From contig JAIORZ010000002.1 of assembly GCA_021107855.1 (NCBI GenBank), forward strand, positions 315,316-379,315: a stretch of DNA of 64,000 bases, in the 5' to 3' direction. Positions within the stretch are counted from its first letter, which is position 1, and the number at the start of each line of letters is the position of its first letter. The stretch comes from an archaeon. GTDB lineage: Archaea; Nanobdellota; Nanobdellia; Pacearchaeales; GW2011-AR1. A program made the translations under genes and the position numbers. The notes below the pieces were generated by a model. The model saw only the letters and a program-made list of their open reading frames with translations. It searched no databases and was not told the origin of the DNA. Shown here in pieces: positions 55,890 through 64,000 of the stretch.

Positions 55890-58800
55890 TTAATCGTACT
55901 GCACCCAGAATGTACAAACACACGTTGTAACTGCACCTGTTAAAGTTTTCGAATAACAATTAAGTATATCTCCCGAACTAAATGAAACCCCACAACTACT
56001 CGCCTGATACATTGTATCTAATGAAGTTACTTCTGCAGTGTCACATGTCTGCGCAACTCCATCAATTCTCAATTCAAATGCCACATGATTACTCGCATCC
56101 GCAGCCCCACTACACATCGCAGCAAGGGTAGTCACGGTCCCAGCACAAACTTGCGGAGCTCCCGTTGGTGCTTGACCATTACCCATTGCTAATCCTTGAT
56201 TGGCAACAATTGTTCCTCTTTCCGTGTTGAATGTTGCTTCCTTTGCATACTGACAAGAAGCACCCTGCAAATAACCTGCGATTTCTATATCTCCAGTAGA
56301 AAAATTCCCCTGAATTAGCGGTACGGCATTAACACTTGATTGCTTTAAAATAAAGACGTTATGTAACGTATTACTTTCCGCCGCTTCAAAACCAATTGCT
56401 ATGACATTGTCACCAGTATTATCTCTTGCCGCTTCAGAACCAATTCCAATAACTCTTACTCCCGTGTTGCTCTCGCCAGCAAAATATCCTACGGCCACTT
56501 GATGAGTTCCTGTGTTTAAATGACCTGCATTATAACCTATAGCTGTTTGCCCACTAGCTCCTGTATTATTGTAGCCTGCGTAATATCCAACGGCTGTTTG
56601 GTAATTTCCTGTATTTAAATAACCCGCGGAATGTCCCGCGGTTGTTTGGTAATCTCCTGTATTGTCCATGCCTGCTCGATGACCTATCGTTGTTATATAA
56701 TACCCAACATTATTGCCGCCTGCTTGATGACCGATAGCTGTTGATTCAGCTCCTGTGTTTTCGTAGCCCGCATAATGGCCCATAAATACATTTGCACCTC
56801 CAGTATTGTTGTAGCCTGCGTAACTACCCACAGCTGTTAGGCTATTCCCAATGTTAAATTCCCCCGCTTGGTATCCAACCCCCACAGCATCATCACCGCT
56901 ATTATCTTTTGTTGCTTCACGACCAATCCCGATAGCCCTGTCTCCTGAATTATCGTAGCCTGCGTTATATCCCACGCCTACTTGATTGCTTCCTGTATTT
57001 CTAGTACCTGCTGAAAATCCGGCGACTGTTTGCGTAATCCCTTCATTTTGGTAACCTGCGCTCATCCCTAGGGCTGCTTGATAACCCCCCGTATTGTTGT
57101 AGCCCGCGTTACGTCCGACGGCTGTTTGTTGGGTTCCTGTATTTAGATAGCCCGCACGATAACCAATGACTGTTTGTTGGGTTCCTATGTTTTCACGACC
57201 TGCATAATATCCGACGGCTGTTTGTTCGGTTCCTGTATTTTGGTAGCCCGCGTAAGCTCCGGTGGCTGTTTGATAATCCCCCGTGTTTTGGTAGCCTGCC
57301 TGATAACCTATGGCTGTTTGAGAAACCTGGTCATTACTACGACCTGCCTGAGTTCCTATGGCTGTTTGATAGGTTCCGGTATTTTGATAGCCTGCGTAAT
57401 ATCCCATGGCTGTTTGAGAAGTTGCTGTATTTTGATAGCCTGCGTAATATCCCATGGCTACTTGATAGATTCCTGTGTTTGAGGAACCTGCGCTATTCCC
57501 TGTGGCTGTTTGATAATCTCCTTCATTTTGATAGCCTGCATTATTCCCTAGGATTGTTTGCCGACTTCCTGTATTATTGTAACCTGCCTGATGACCTATG
57601 GCTGTTTGATAGAGTTCTGTGTTTAGATAGCCTGCGTAATATCCCATTGCTGTTTGATAATCTCCAGAGTTTTGATAGCCTGCGTAATAACCGACAACTG
57701 TCGATCGAACTCCCGTATTTTGATAGCCTGCGTAATACCCGGTGGCTGTTTGAGAACTTCCTGTATTTTCACGACCTGCCCAATTTCCTAAAGCCACTTG
57801 GTGAAGTCCCTTATTTTGGTAGCCTGCATTATTTCCTAGGGCTGTGGAATAAGACCCTGTGTTATTGTAACCTGCCCAATATCCTATGGCTGTTTGTCCG
57901 CCGGTTCCTGTATTATAACGACCTGCATAAAATCCGACGGCTGTTTGCTCGCCTCCTGTGTTTTGGTAGCCTGCAAACCGTCCTAATGCTACCGTATAAC
58001 CTCCCGTGTTTTCATAACCCGCTTGGTATCCTATTGCTGTTTGTTGAGGTCCCGTGTTTTGGTAGCCTGCTTGATATCCAGTGACTGTTTGTTCAGTTCC
58101 TGTGTTTTGGTAACCTGCTTGGTATCCTGTGGCCGTTTGTTTTGTGGCTGTAGCATTTCCAGCATCTACACCAACAAAAGTATTAGCGTAGTGACTATCC
58201 GTCCCCTCCGCCAACCTTAAAGCCTGTTCTCCGTCATACATATATGCATCTCCATCTGCGATATTTATGCTTCCATTCACATCTAGTTCTTCCGACGGAC
58301 TCGTCGTCCCGATACCCACATTACCCGTGTTATCAATTCTCATAATTTCGGCCGTACCCATAATAAAAGTCAATGGCCATGCGCCTCCTGAGTAAAATGA
58401 AGAAGTGATAAATGTTTCATTATTTGTTGTATCAACTCCTAATTGTAAAAGTCTCCTTGTCGCACCATCCTCTTCACTTATTCTAAGTGTTGGATTGGAA
58501 GCAGCTTCTAGGTGAAGAAGAGTCCCAGGCCCCGTTGTCCCGATCCCCACATTCCCCGTGCTACCCTGTATAGTCATTTTCTCCGACCAAACAGCATTAT
58601 TATGTCTATTAAAAATTCTCAAATCTTGTCGTGAATCCGCATCTGGTGCATTTATCTTCCACCCATAACCACTACCAGTAGGAGACACTTGAAACTCCAC
58701 ACCCCCCCCGTCCGATGTGCCCGTTCGACCTATCATAAGTTGAGCATTGTCGTTAGTAGGTCTGCCTGTCGTAAGAGGACTGGATCCGCTAGCTGGACCC

Positions 58801-60440
58801 GCAAGATAGAATCTAGCATTTGTATTATCTTCTCCAATATGCAAATCTACTACTGGACTCGTCGTCCCGATTCCTACATTGCCATCAACGTAAGTCGCAT
58901 TCCCCGAAGAATTCGTCCATAAACCAGCAGTACTCGCCGTCGTCATACTTGTCCCGTCGGGGAAAGTTAAGCCGGCACCCGAACCCGAAATATTGACTGA
59001 GCCATTGACTTCCAGTTTAGTACTTGGAGAGGTCGTCCCAATACCGAACCTACCATCCTTTAAATTCATCGCTCCCCAATTCTGACCGCCTGTTGTTGTT
59101 ATTGTTCCAAAAGATAAATGTCCATCATCACCATCTTCCCAATAAATACTCCCTCTATTTGTACTATTATAACCAATTCCTAAATTAACAACATTTCCAC
59201 TATCATCTCCCAGAGCAATGGAATTTCCTGTTCCAACATTTCCTAAATCATTTCCTACGACTAAAAGTTCACTTGGGCTTGCCGTTCCAATCCCCACATT
59301 CCCCATAAAATAACTATCCCCCGTCCCATCCGAAAGAACCTCCCCACTCAAATACAAATCTCTCCACCTAAACGTCCCATTCCCCACATCAAACTGGTCG
59401 TCAACATCAGGGAACAAACTCCCATTAACCTCCAAGTGTGTAACCTCCAAACTCGAAATATTATAAAACCACCCCGTCTGCGCATATATATCTCCTCCTT
59501 CTATACTGAAACCTCCAGACTCCCAGCCGCCGTTGAAATCAAAATCTCCTACGACGGAGGTGTTTAGGGGCATGAAGAAGGTTGAATCAAGTCCGTCGAG
59601 AGTTCCGGCATCTCCTGTCCCTGCTGTTGTCATGCTTGTGCCGTCGGGGAATATTAGGGAAGCACCTGAGCCTGAGATGTTGAGAGAGCCGTTGACTTCT
59701 AGTTTGGTTTGGGGAGTAATTGTGCCGATACCGACGTTGCCATTATGAAGAACACTTAAAGCAGCACCCACCCCAGTGCCTCCATTCTTATAAATAGCAA
59801 ACCTCCCATCCGAGTATGTATAAAGATGAGTTTGAAAACTTGTATCGGGTATCATTTGAATTTGAGATATGCCGTCCAGAAGTTCTCTCTCTCCCACGCG
59901 CAAACTTCCATTTACATCTAGAGTTACTGCAGGACTCACCGTCCCAATCCCAACCCTCCCACTCGACGCATCAACAAACAAAGCATTCGTCCCAACCGTC
60001 ACATTATAAGCCCCAAAATCAACATTCGACGTAAACTCAACCCCAGCAACCGAAACATTCTCCGCCCTAAAAGCGTAAGGACTCGACGACAAATTAATCC
60101 TCGGCGTCATCTCGTCATCACTCTCAACCTTAACCCCCAAATAATACTGCTCCGAAAAATTCAAATCAACACCGCCTAAAACAACATCATAAACCCCATC
60201 ACTGTCTGTCGTCACATTTCTCAAACTCGTCCATAACGCACTCCCGCCAGAATAATCCTCATAAATACTAAAATTCATCTCGTAAGTTCCCTCCAGAACA
60301 CCGCTCGAATTACTCAACTTTCCATGGACACTAAACGTTTGCGGAATCGCAAAAACACCGCCGACCAAAAACAAAATCACCACCGCAAAAAACAAACCAA
60401 TCAAACCTCTCTTTTCCATACTATTTACTACTTTTTTCAT
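55890..60440 (-). CDS. Large secreted repeat-rich fibre/adhesin-like surface protein
   Basis: Signal peptide; N-terminal PRINLSSSPYAF domain; several VGIGTxxP modules; long 14-aa repeat array; Cys-rich C-terminal domain. Confidence 0.85.
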   Translation of the reverse strand: MKKVVNSMEKRGLIGLFFAVVILFLVGGVFAIPQTFSVHGKLSNSSGVLEGTYEMNFSIYEDYSGGSALWTSLRNVTTDSDGVYDVVLGGVDLNFSEQYYLGVKVESDDEMTPRINLSSSPYAFRAENVSVAGVEFTSNVDFGAYNVTVGTNALFVDASSGRVGIGTVSPAVTLDVNGSLRVGERELLDGISQIQMIPDTSFQTHLYTYSDGRFAIYKNGGTGVGAALSVLHNGNVGIGTITPQTKLEVNGSLNISGSGASLIFPDGTSMTTAGTGDAGTLDGLDSTFFMPLNTSVVGDFDFNGGWESGGFSIEGGDIYAQTGWFYNISSLEVTHLEVNGSLFPDVDDQFDVGNGTFRWRDLYLSGEVLSDGTGDSYFMGNVGIGTASPSELLVVGNDLGNVGTGNSIALGDDSGNVVNLGIGYNSTNRGSIYWEDGDDGHLSFGTITTTGGQNWGAMNLKDGRFGIGTTSPSTKLEVNGSVNISGSGAGLTFPDGTSMTTASTAGLWTNSSGNATYVDGNVGIGTTSPVVDLHIGEDNTNARFYLAGPASGSSPLTTGRPTNDNAQLMIGRTGTSDGGGVEFQVSPTGSGYGWKINAPDADSRQDLRIFNRHNNAVWSEKMTIQGSTGNVGIGTTGPGTLLHLEAASNPTLRISEEDGATRRLLQLGVDTTNNETFITSSFYSGGAWPLTFIMGTAEIMRIDNTGNVGIGTTSPSEELDVNGSINIADGDAYMYDGEQALRLAEGTDSHYANTFVGVDAGNATATKQTATGYQAGYQNTGTEQTVTGYQAGYQNTGPQQTAIGYQAGYENTGGYTVALGRFAGYQNTGGEQTAVGFYAGRYNTGTGGQTAIGYWAGYNNTGSYSTALGNNAGYQNKGLHQVALGNWAGRENTGSSQTATGYYAGYQNTGVRSTVVGYYAGYQNSGDYQTAMGYYAGYLNTELYQTAIGHQAGYNNTGSRQTILGNNAGYQNEGDYQTATGNSAGSSNTGIYQVAMGYYAGYQNTATSQTAMGYYAGYQNTGTYQTAIGTQAGRSNDQVSQTAIGYQAGYQNTGDYQTATGAYAGYQNTGTEQTAVGYYAGRENIGTQQTVIGYRAGYLNTGTQQTAVGRNAGYNNTGGYQAALGMSAGYQNEGITQTVAGFSAGTRNTGSNQVGVGYNAGYDNSGDRAIGIGREATKDNSGDDAVGVGYQAGEFNIGNSLTAVGSYAGYNNTGGANVFMGHYAGYENTGAESTAIGHQAGGNNVGYYITTIGHRAGMDNTGDYQTTAGHSAGYLNTGNYQTAVGYYAGYNNTGASGQTAIGYNAGHLNTGTHQVAVGYFAGESNTGVRVIGIGSEAARDNTGDNVIAIGFEAAESNTLHNVFILKQSSVNAVPLIQGNFSTGDIEIAGYLQGASCQYAKEATFNTERGTIVANQGLAMGNGQAPTGAPQVCAGTVTTLAAMCSGAADASNHVAFELRIDGVAQTCDTAEVTSLDTMYQASSCGVSFSSGDILNCYSKTLTGAVTTCVCTFWVQYD
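56380..58140 (-). repeat. Degenerate 42-nt (14-aa) coding tandem repeat array, roughly 40 units
   Basis: Unit approximately GYxAGYQNTGxxQTAx; recurring ggctgtttg...cctgtatttt.atagcctgc on the + strand. Confidence 0.9.
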
Positions 60441-60526
60441 ATTTAATTCTTTCTACAAATTACCATCTATATCCAATCCCCAAAAACTTACCAAATATTT
60501 TAATACTCCCTTGCTTTCTCAACTTT

Positions 60527-60913
60527 ATGATTTTTAACAAGAAAAAGAGACGGATGGTTGATGTTCGTGAGCTTCAAAAACGTGGCGTAGTTCGAATCCC
60601 AAGAAAGGAAATAAGCATCCCAACAACCTCTGAGGGCTTTGTAGAATTGGGACAAACAACCAAAACTCAAGAGCCAAAAACGGACAGTCAAGATAACGCA
60701 AACTTTTTTGGCTTTATGGATAATTCAGAATCTGACTCCCCACAAACCCAGACATTCGCAACCGAATCGGACGGCTACAACAAACGAGAGGTGGATGTAA
60801 AAATAACAGACTTGGATAATAAAATCTACAAACTTGAACAGCGCTTGGAGCTTTTAGAGAAGAAACTTGATGTAAACCAGCCGACTGATAATGTGGGTGC
60901 AATGGGATGGTGA
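60527..60913 (+). CDS. Hypothetical protein with C-terminal coiled coil
   Basis: DVRELQKRG, FFGFMD, DNKIYKLEQRLELLEKK. Confidence 0.7.
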   Translation: MIFNKKKRRMVDVRELQKRGVVRIPRKEISIPTTSEGFVELGQTTKTQEPKTDSQDNANFFGFMDNSESDSPQTQTFATESDGYNKREVDVKITDLDNKIYKLEQRLELLEKKLDVNQPTDNVGAMGW

Positions 60914-62583
60914 AAATATCTGAAGAAACGATTAAGGTTTATGCATTGGAAAATGCGATAAAATATAAAGGCAAGGCTTCTCAGGGAGCGGTTTTGGCCG
61001 GTCTCTTCGCGGAAGGTCTGGAAAAATCCGAAATTAAAAATATCACGCCAAAAATTTTAAAAGTTCTAAAAAAAGTAAATTCCCTCTCCAAAGAAGAACA
61101 ACAAAAAGAATTCGAAAAATTGGATTCCAAAACTTCTAAAAGAGAGATAAGAGAAGGATTAAAGGAACTACCTAATGCAGAAAACAAAAAAGTCGCAATG
61201 AGACTCGCCCCCTTCCCATCCGGACCTCTTCACATCGGAAATGCACGGAATATCATCCTTAACGACGAATACGTAAAAATGTATAACGGCAAACTTCTCC
61301 TAGTATTCGACGACACAATCGGTTCAGAAAACAAAAAAATCGAGTCCCAAGCTTACGAATTAATCCAAGAAGGTCTCGATTGGTTAGGCATAAACTACAG
61401 AAAAAAAATAATTTACAAATCAGACCGAACCGAAAAATATTACCAATATGCCGAAGAGCTTCTAAAAAAAGGCTACCTTTACGTCTGTCATTGTAACCAA
61501 GAAAAAATGCAAAAACTAAAAGCGGAAGGAATTGAATGTCCTTGCCGAGGATTTTCGTCAGAGAAACAGATGGAAAGATGGAAAGAGATGTTCACCGCAC
61601 CAATGGGCTCGATGACGGTTAGACTCAAAACCTCAATGCAGGATCCAGACCCAGCTTTCCGAGACAGGGTTATGTTCAAAATATCCAACCTTTTCCATCC
61701 CAGAACGGAAAACAAATATCGAGTATATCCATCAATGGAATTTTCATGGGGAATCGACGACCACACTTTCGGCTCAACCCACATCTTAAGAGGAACGGAC
61801 CATCACATGTCAACCCGAGTCCAAGACTTCATACGTGAAATCTTTGGTTGGTTAAATCCGGAATCAACATATCACGGGCAGTGTGAAATCAAAGGTGTGA
61901 AAATATCAAAATCGGAAAGCACTCGAAAAATCCTGTTGGGAGAATACGCCGGATGGAACGACCCACGAACATGGTCACTTCAGTCTCTCCGTGACAGAGG
62001 ATTCAAGCCCGAAGCAATTCGCCAATTCGTTCTAACCCTTGGAATAAAAAAAGCCAACATCACAATTCCAATTGAGAACCTCTACGCGTTAAATAGAAAA
62101 GTATTGGGGAATATTCCAAGATATTTTTTCGTAGAAGATCCAAAAAAAATTAAAATCAACGGATGTCCTCATCTAACAACAGAAATTCCGTATCATCCGA
62201 ACAACTCGCTAGGAAGCAGAACTGTAGAAACGACTCAGGAGTTCTTAATTCCTGGAGGGCACAGGTCCTTGTCCAATCAAGACTATCGCTTCATGCATCT
62301 TTTAACATTCAATTCAAGTAAAATAGCGATAGGTCCACGTAATTTTTCGTTTGTTTCGAAAAGACCAGGAGAGAATATGAAATTCCTCCAGTGGCTCCCG
62401 GCATCTCAAGGCAATATTCAGGTAGAGGTGGTAATGCCAGACGGGACGATGAAAAAAGGGCTTGGGGAACGAGAGCTTGGGAAGTTAAAGGTTGGTGATA
62501 TTATACAATTTGAGAGGCTTGGTTTCTGCAGACTTTATAAAAAAGATAAAGAGAAGTTGGAATTTTGGTTTGCGCATGATTGA
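60907..62583 (+). CDS. gltX: Glutamyl-tRNA synthetase (archaeal type)
   Basis: RLAPFPSGPLHIGN, DPDPAFRD, THILRG, KISKS, QFERLGF. Confidence 0.96.
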   Translation: MVKISEETIKVYALENAIKYKGKASQGAVLAGLFAEGLEKSEIKNITPKILKVLKKVNSLSKEEQQKEFEKLDSKTSKREIREGLKELPNAENKKVAMRLAPFPSGPLHIGNARNIILNDEYVKMYNGKLLLVFDDTIGSENKKIESQAYELIQEGLDWLGINYRKKIIYKSDRTEKYYQYAEELLKKGYLYVCHCNQEKMQKLKAEGIECPCRGFSSEKQMERWKEMFTAPMGSMTVRLKTSMQDPDPAFRDRVMFKISNLFHPRTENKYRVYPSMEFSWGIDDHTFGSTHILRGTDHHMSTRVQDFIREIFGWLNPESTYHGQCEIKGVKISKSESTRKILLGEYAGWNDPRTWSLQSLRDRGFKPEAIRQFVLTLGIKKANITIPIENLYALNRKVLGNIPRYFFVEDPKKIKINGCPHLTTEIPYHPNNSLGSRTVETTQEFLIPGGHRSLSNQDYRFMHLLTFNSSKIAIGPRNFSFVSKRPGENMKFLQWLPASQGNIQVEVVMPDGTMKKGLGERELGKLKVGDIIQFERLGFCRLYKKDKEKLEFWFAHD

Positions 62584-62627
62584 GAAACTAAAGAAAAATT
62601 TATAACCTAGAATATTTTTAAATAATT

Positions 62628-63530
62628 ATGTTTACTAAATATTTGAAAAATCCAATAATTATACCAGATTATAGATTAGATTATGAAAAAGAATGTACAT
62701 ACAATCCTTGTGCCATAACTCATGACAAAAAAATATTTCTTATCTACAGAGCTGAAGGCAGATATGGTAATTACATTTCTAATCTTTGTTTAGCTGTCAG
62801 TAAAGATGGATATAATTTTAAAAAATACAAAAATAATCCAATTATTAAACCGACAAGACCAGAAGAAAAAAGAGGATGTGAAGATCCTAGAATAACGAAA
62901 ATTAAAGACATATTCTATTTGATATACACAGCATATGAAAGTTGTGACCAAAAAAGGGGGCTTAAAACTTCAATAGCTCTGGCTACATCTAAAGACCTTA
63001 TCCATTGGAAAAAACATGGAAGCATATTACGAAATACAAAATCAGGATATATTCACCCCGAAAAAATTAATGGGGAATATTTAATGTTTGTCGGTGATTC
63101 AAAGATATGGATTGCCAGATCAAAAAACCTCAAAGATTGGAAGTTAGATAAAAAGCCTTTTCTGAAAACCAGAAAAACAAATTTTGATAGTAAGCTCGTC
63201 GAAGTAGGGCCACCATTTATTGAAATTGGCGACAAACTAATTATGATTTATAATTCTGCCAATAATGACCTCGTATATTCTCCTTCCTTTTTGATATTAG
63301 ACAAGAAAAATCCGACTAAGATATTATATAGACACGATAAACCAATATTAACTCCCGATAAACAGTTCGAATTATTTGGAAAAGTAAACAATGTTATTTT
63401 TGCAGAAGGTATTGCAAAATTTAAAAATAAATATTTTCTTTATTACGGCGGAGCAGACAAATGTATTGGGGTAGCAACCACTACTCAGAATGAAATCAAA
63501 AAGGATTTTCTTCCCGCCCTTGATTCTTAA
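62628..63530 (+). CDS. GH130-like glycosidase/phosphorylase
   Basis: YNP, YRAE, GCEDPRIT, DLIHW, VGPP, VNNVIFAEG, YYGGAD. Confidence 0.9.
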   Translation: MFTKYLKNPIIIPDYRLDYEKECTYNPCAITHDKKIFLIYRAEGRYGNYISNLCLAVSKDGYNFKKYKNNPIIKPTRPEEKRGCEDPRITKIKDIFYLIYTAYESCDQKRGLKTSIALATSKDLIHWKKHGSILRNTKSGYIHPEKINGEYLMFVGDSKIWIARSKNLKDWKLDKKPFLKTRKTNFDSKLVEVGPPFIEIGDKLIMIYNSANNDLVYSPSFLILDKKNPTKILYRHDKPILTPDKQFELFGKVNNVIFAEGIAKFKNKYFLYYGGADKCIGVATTTQNEIKKDFLPALDS

Positions 63531-63553
63531 TATTAACCATACTTTGCACATGA

Positions 63554-63712
63554 TCAAGACTTTTTCTTAACCCAGAATAAAATGCCCATTACAATCACAA
63601 ATAACAACGCAGTTCCGGCATAAGCGAAAAAATTACTCTCCGGCTCGGGAAAGAAAAACAAAGTCAAAACACCAACTGCAAAAACAACTATCATCAAAAT
63701 ATCGATATCCAT
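63554..63712 (-). CDS. Small two-TM membrane protein (52 aa)
   Basis: Hand translation MDIDILMIVVFAVGVLTLFFFPEPESNFFAYAGTALLFVIVMGILFWVKKKS; start overlaps the upstream stop (TGATG). Confidence 0.55.
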   Translation of the reverse strand: MDIDILMIVVFAVGVLTLFFFPEPESNFFAYAGTALLFVIVMGILFWVKKKS

Positions 63713-64000
63713 CAGCAACAATAAAGTTTCTCCTTATCTTTATCCGTCATCTTCCCAAACGGATTCCCACTCTTCCTAATATTCTCAATCATCTCCTCAT
63801 TTCCCTTCAACCCCTTCCCCAACAAAACCATTGCCTCCCGCGCCTTCAAAACCGCATCACAAATCTTCAAATTCAACGGACAACCTTCTTCACAAGCCCG
63901 ACACAAATTACACTCAAACAAAATCTTATCCATAATCTTCTCAGTTAGCAAATCCCTTTTCCCCCTAGGCGAATAATGTTCCTCCCTCAAAACTCGAAAA
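63712..64000 (-). CDS. 4Fe-4S dicluster protein (HdrC/GlpC-like; N-terminus outside window)
   Basis: SPRGK, CNLCRACEEGCP, GNPFG. Confidence 0.8.
   Translation of the reverse strand, partial: FRVLREEHYSPRGKRDLLTEKIMDKILFECNLCRACEEGCPLNLKICDAVLKAREAMVLLGKGLKGNEEMIENIRKSGNPFGKMTDKDKEKLYCC

Noticed and set aside
56380-58140. Regularly spaced repeats that could be mistaken for a CRISPR array
   Set aside because: The 42-nt period is in frame within a CDS, units are degenerate at synonymous sites, there are no unique spacers and no cas genes.
53733-60440. Integrated element or provirus at tRNA-Gly (att repeat plus fibre-like gene)
   Set aside because: The repeat lies only about 90 nt from the tRNA; no integrase, capsid, terminase or distal att copy was seen, and the fibre-like gene has a cellular signal peptide.

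Overview
A gene-dense, AT-rich archaeal chromosome segment. The gene set and style point to a DPANN lineage, probably Pacearchaeota/Woesearchaeota (inference from S19e/L39e/L31e, aRF1, TFE, MCM, Cbf5, Rnp3, Nre, bacterial-type LeuRS and C-terminally short AlaRS). Most of it is information-processing housekeeping (pheS/pheT, valS, alaS, leuS, gltX, mcm, lig, prf1, pyrH, scpB), interspersed with single hypothetical genes. It also has a five-gene class III signal-peptide (pilin-like) cluster, a 1516-aa repeat-rich surface/fibre protein and two tRNAs (Trp-CCA, Gly-GCC). I saw no CRISPR array, rRNA, integrase, transposase or reverse transcriptase. Most striking observations: (1) both tRNA genes are immediately followed by a second copy of their own 3' part, with a hairpin bearing similar GAGY...RYGART ends inserted into the T-arm; (2) LeuRS carries an apparently intact RBBP9/YdeN-like serine hydrolase inserted in frame; (3) a sigma-54-type enhancer-binding AAA+/Fis-HTH protein sits behind an archaeal TATA box; (4) a candidate three-way-junction leader precedes rps19e; (5) strand composition switches across the window, with sub-genic patches of opposite skew. 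All calls come from reading motifs by eye; no database searches were run.
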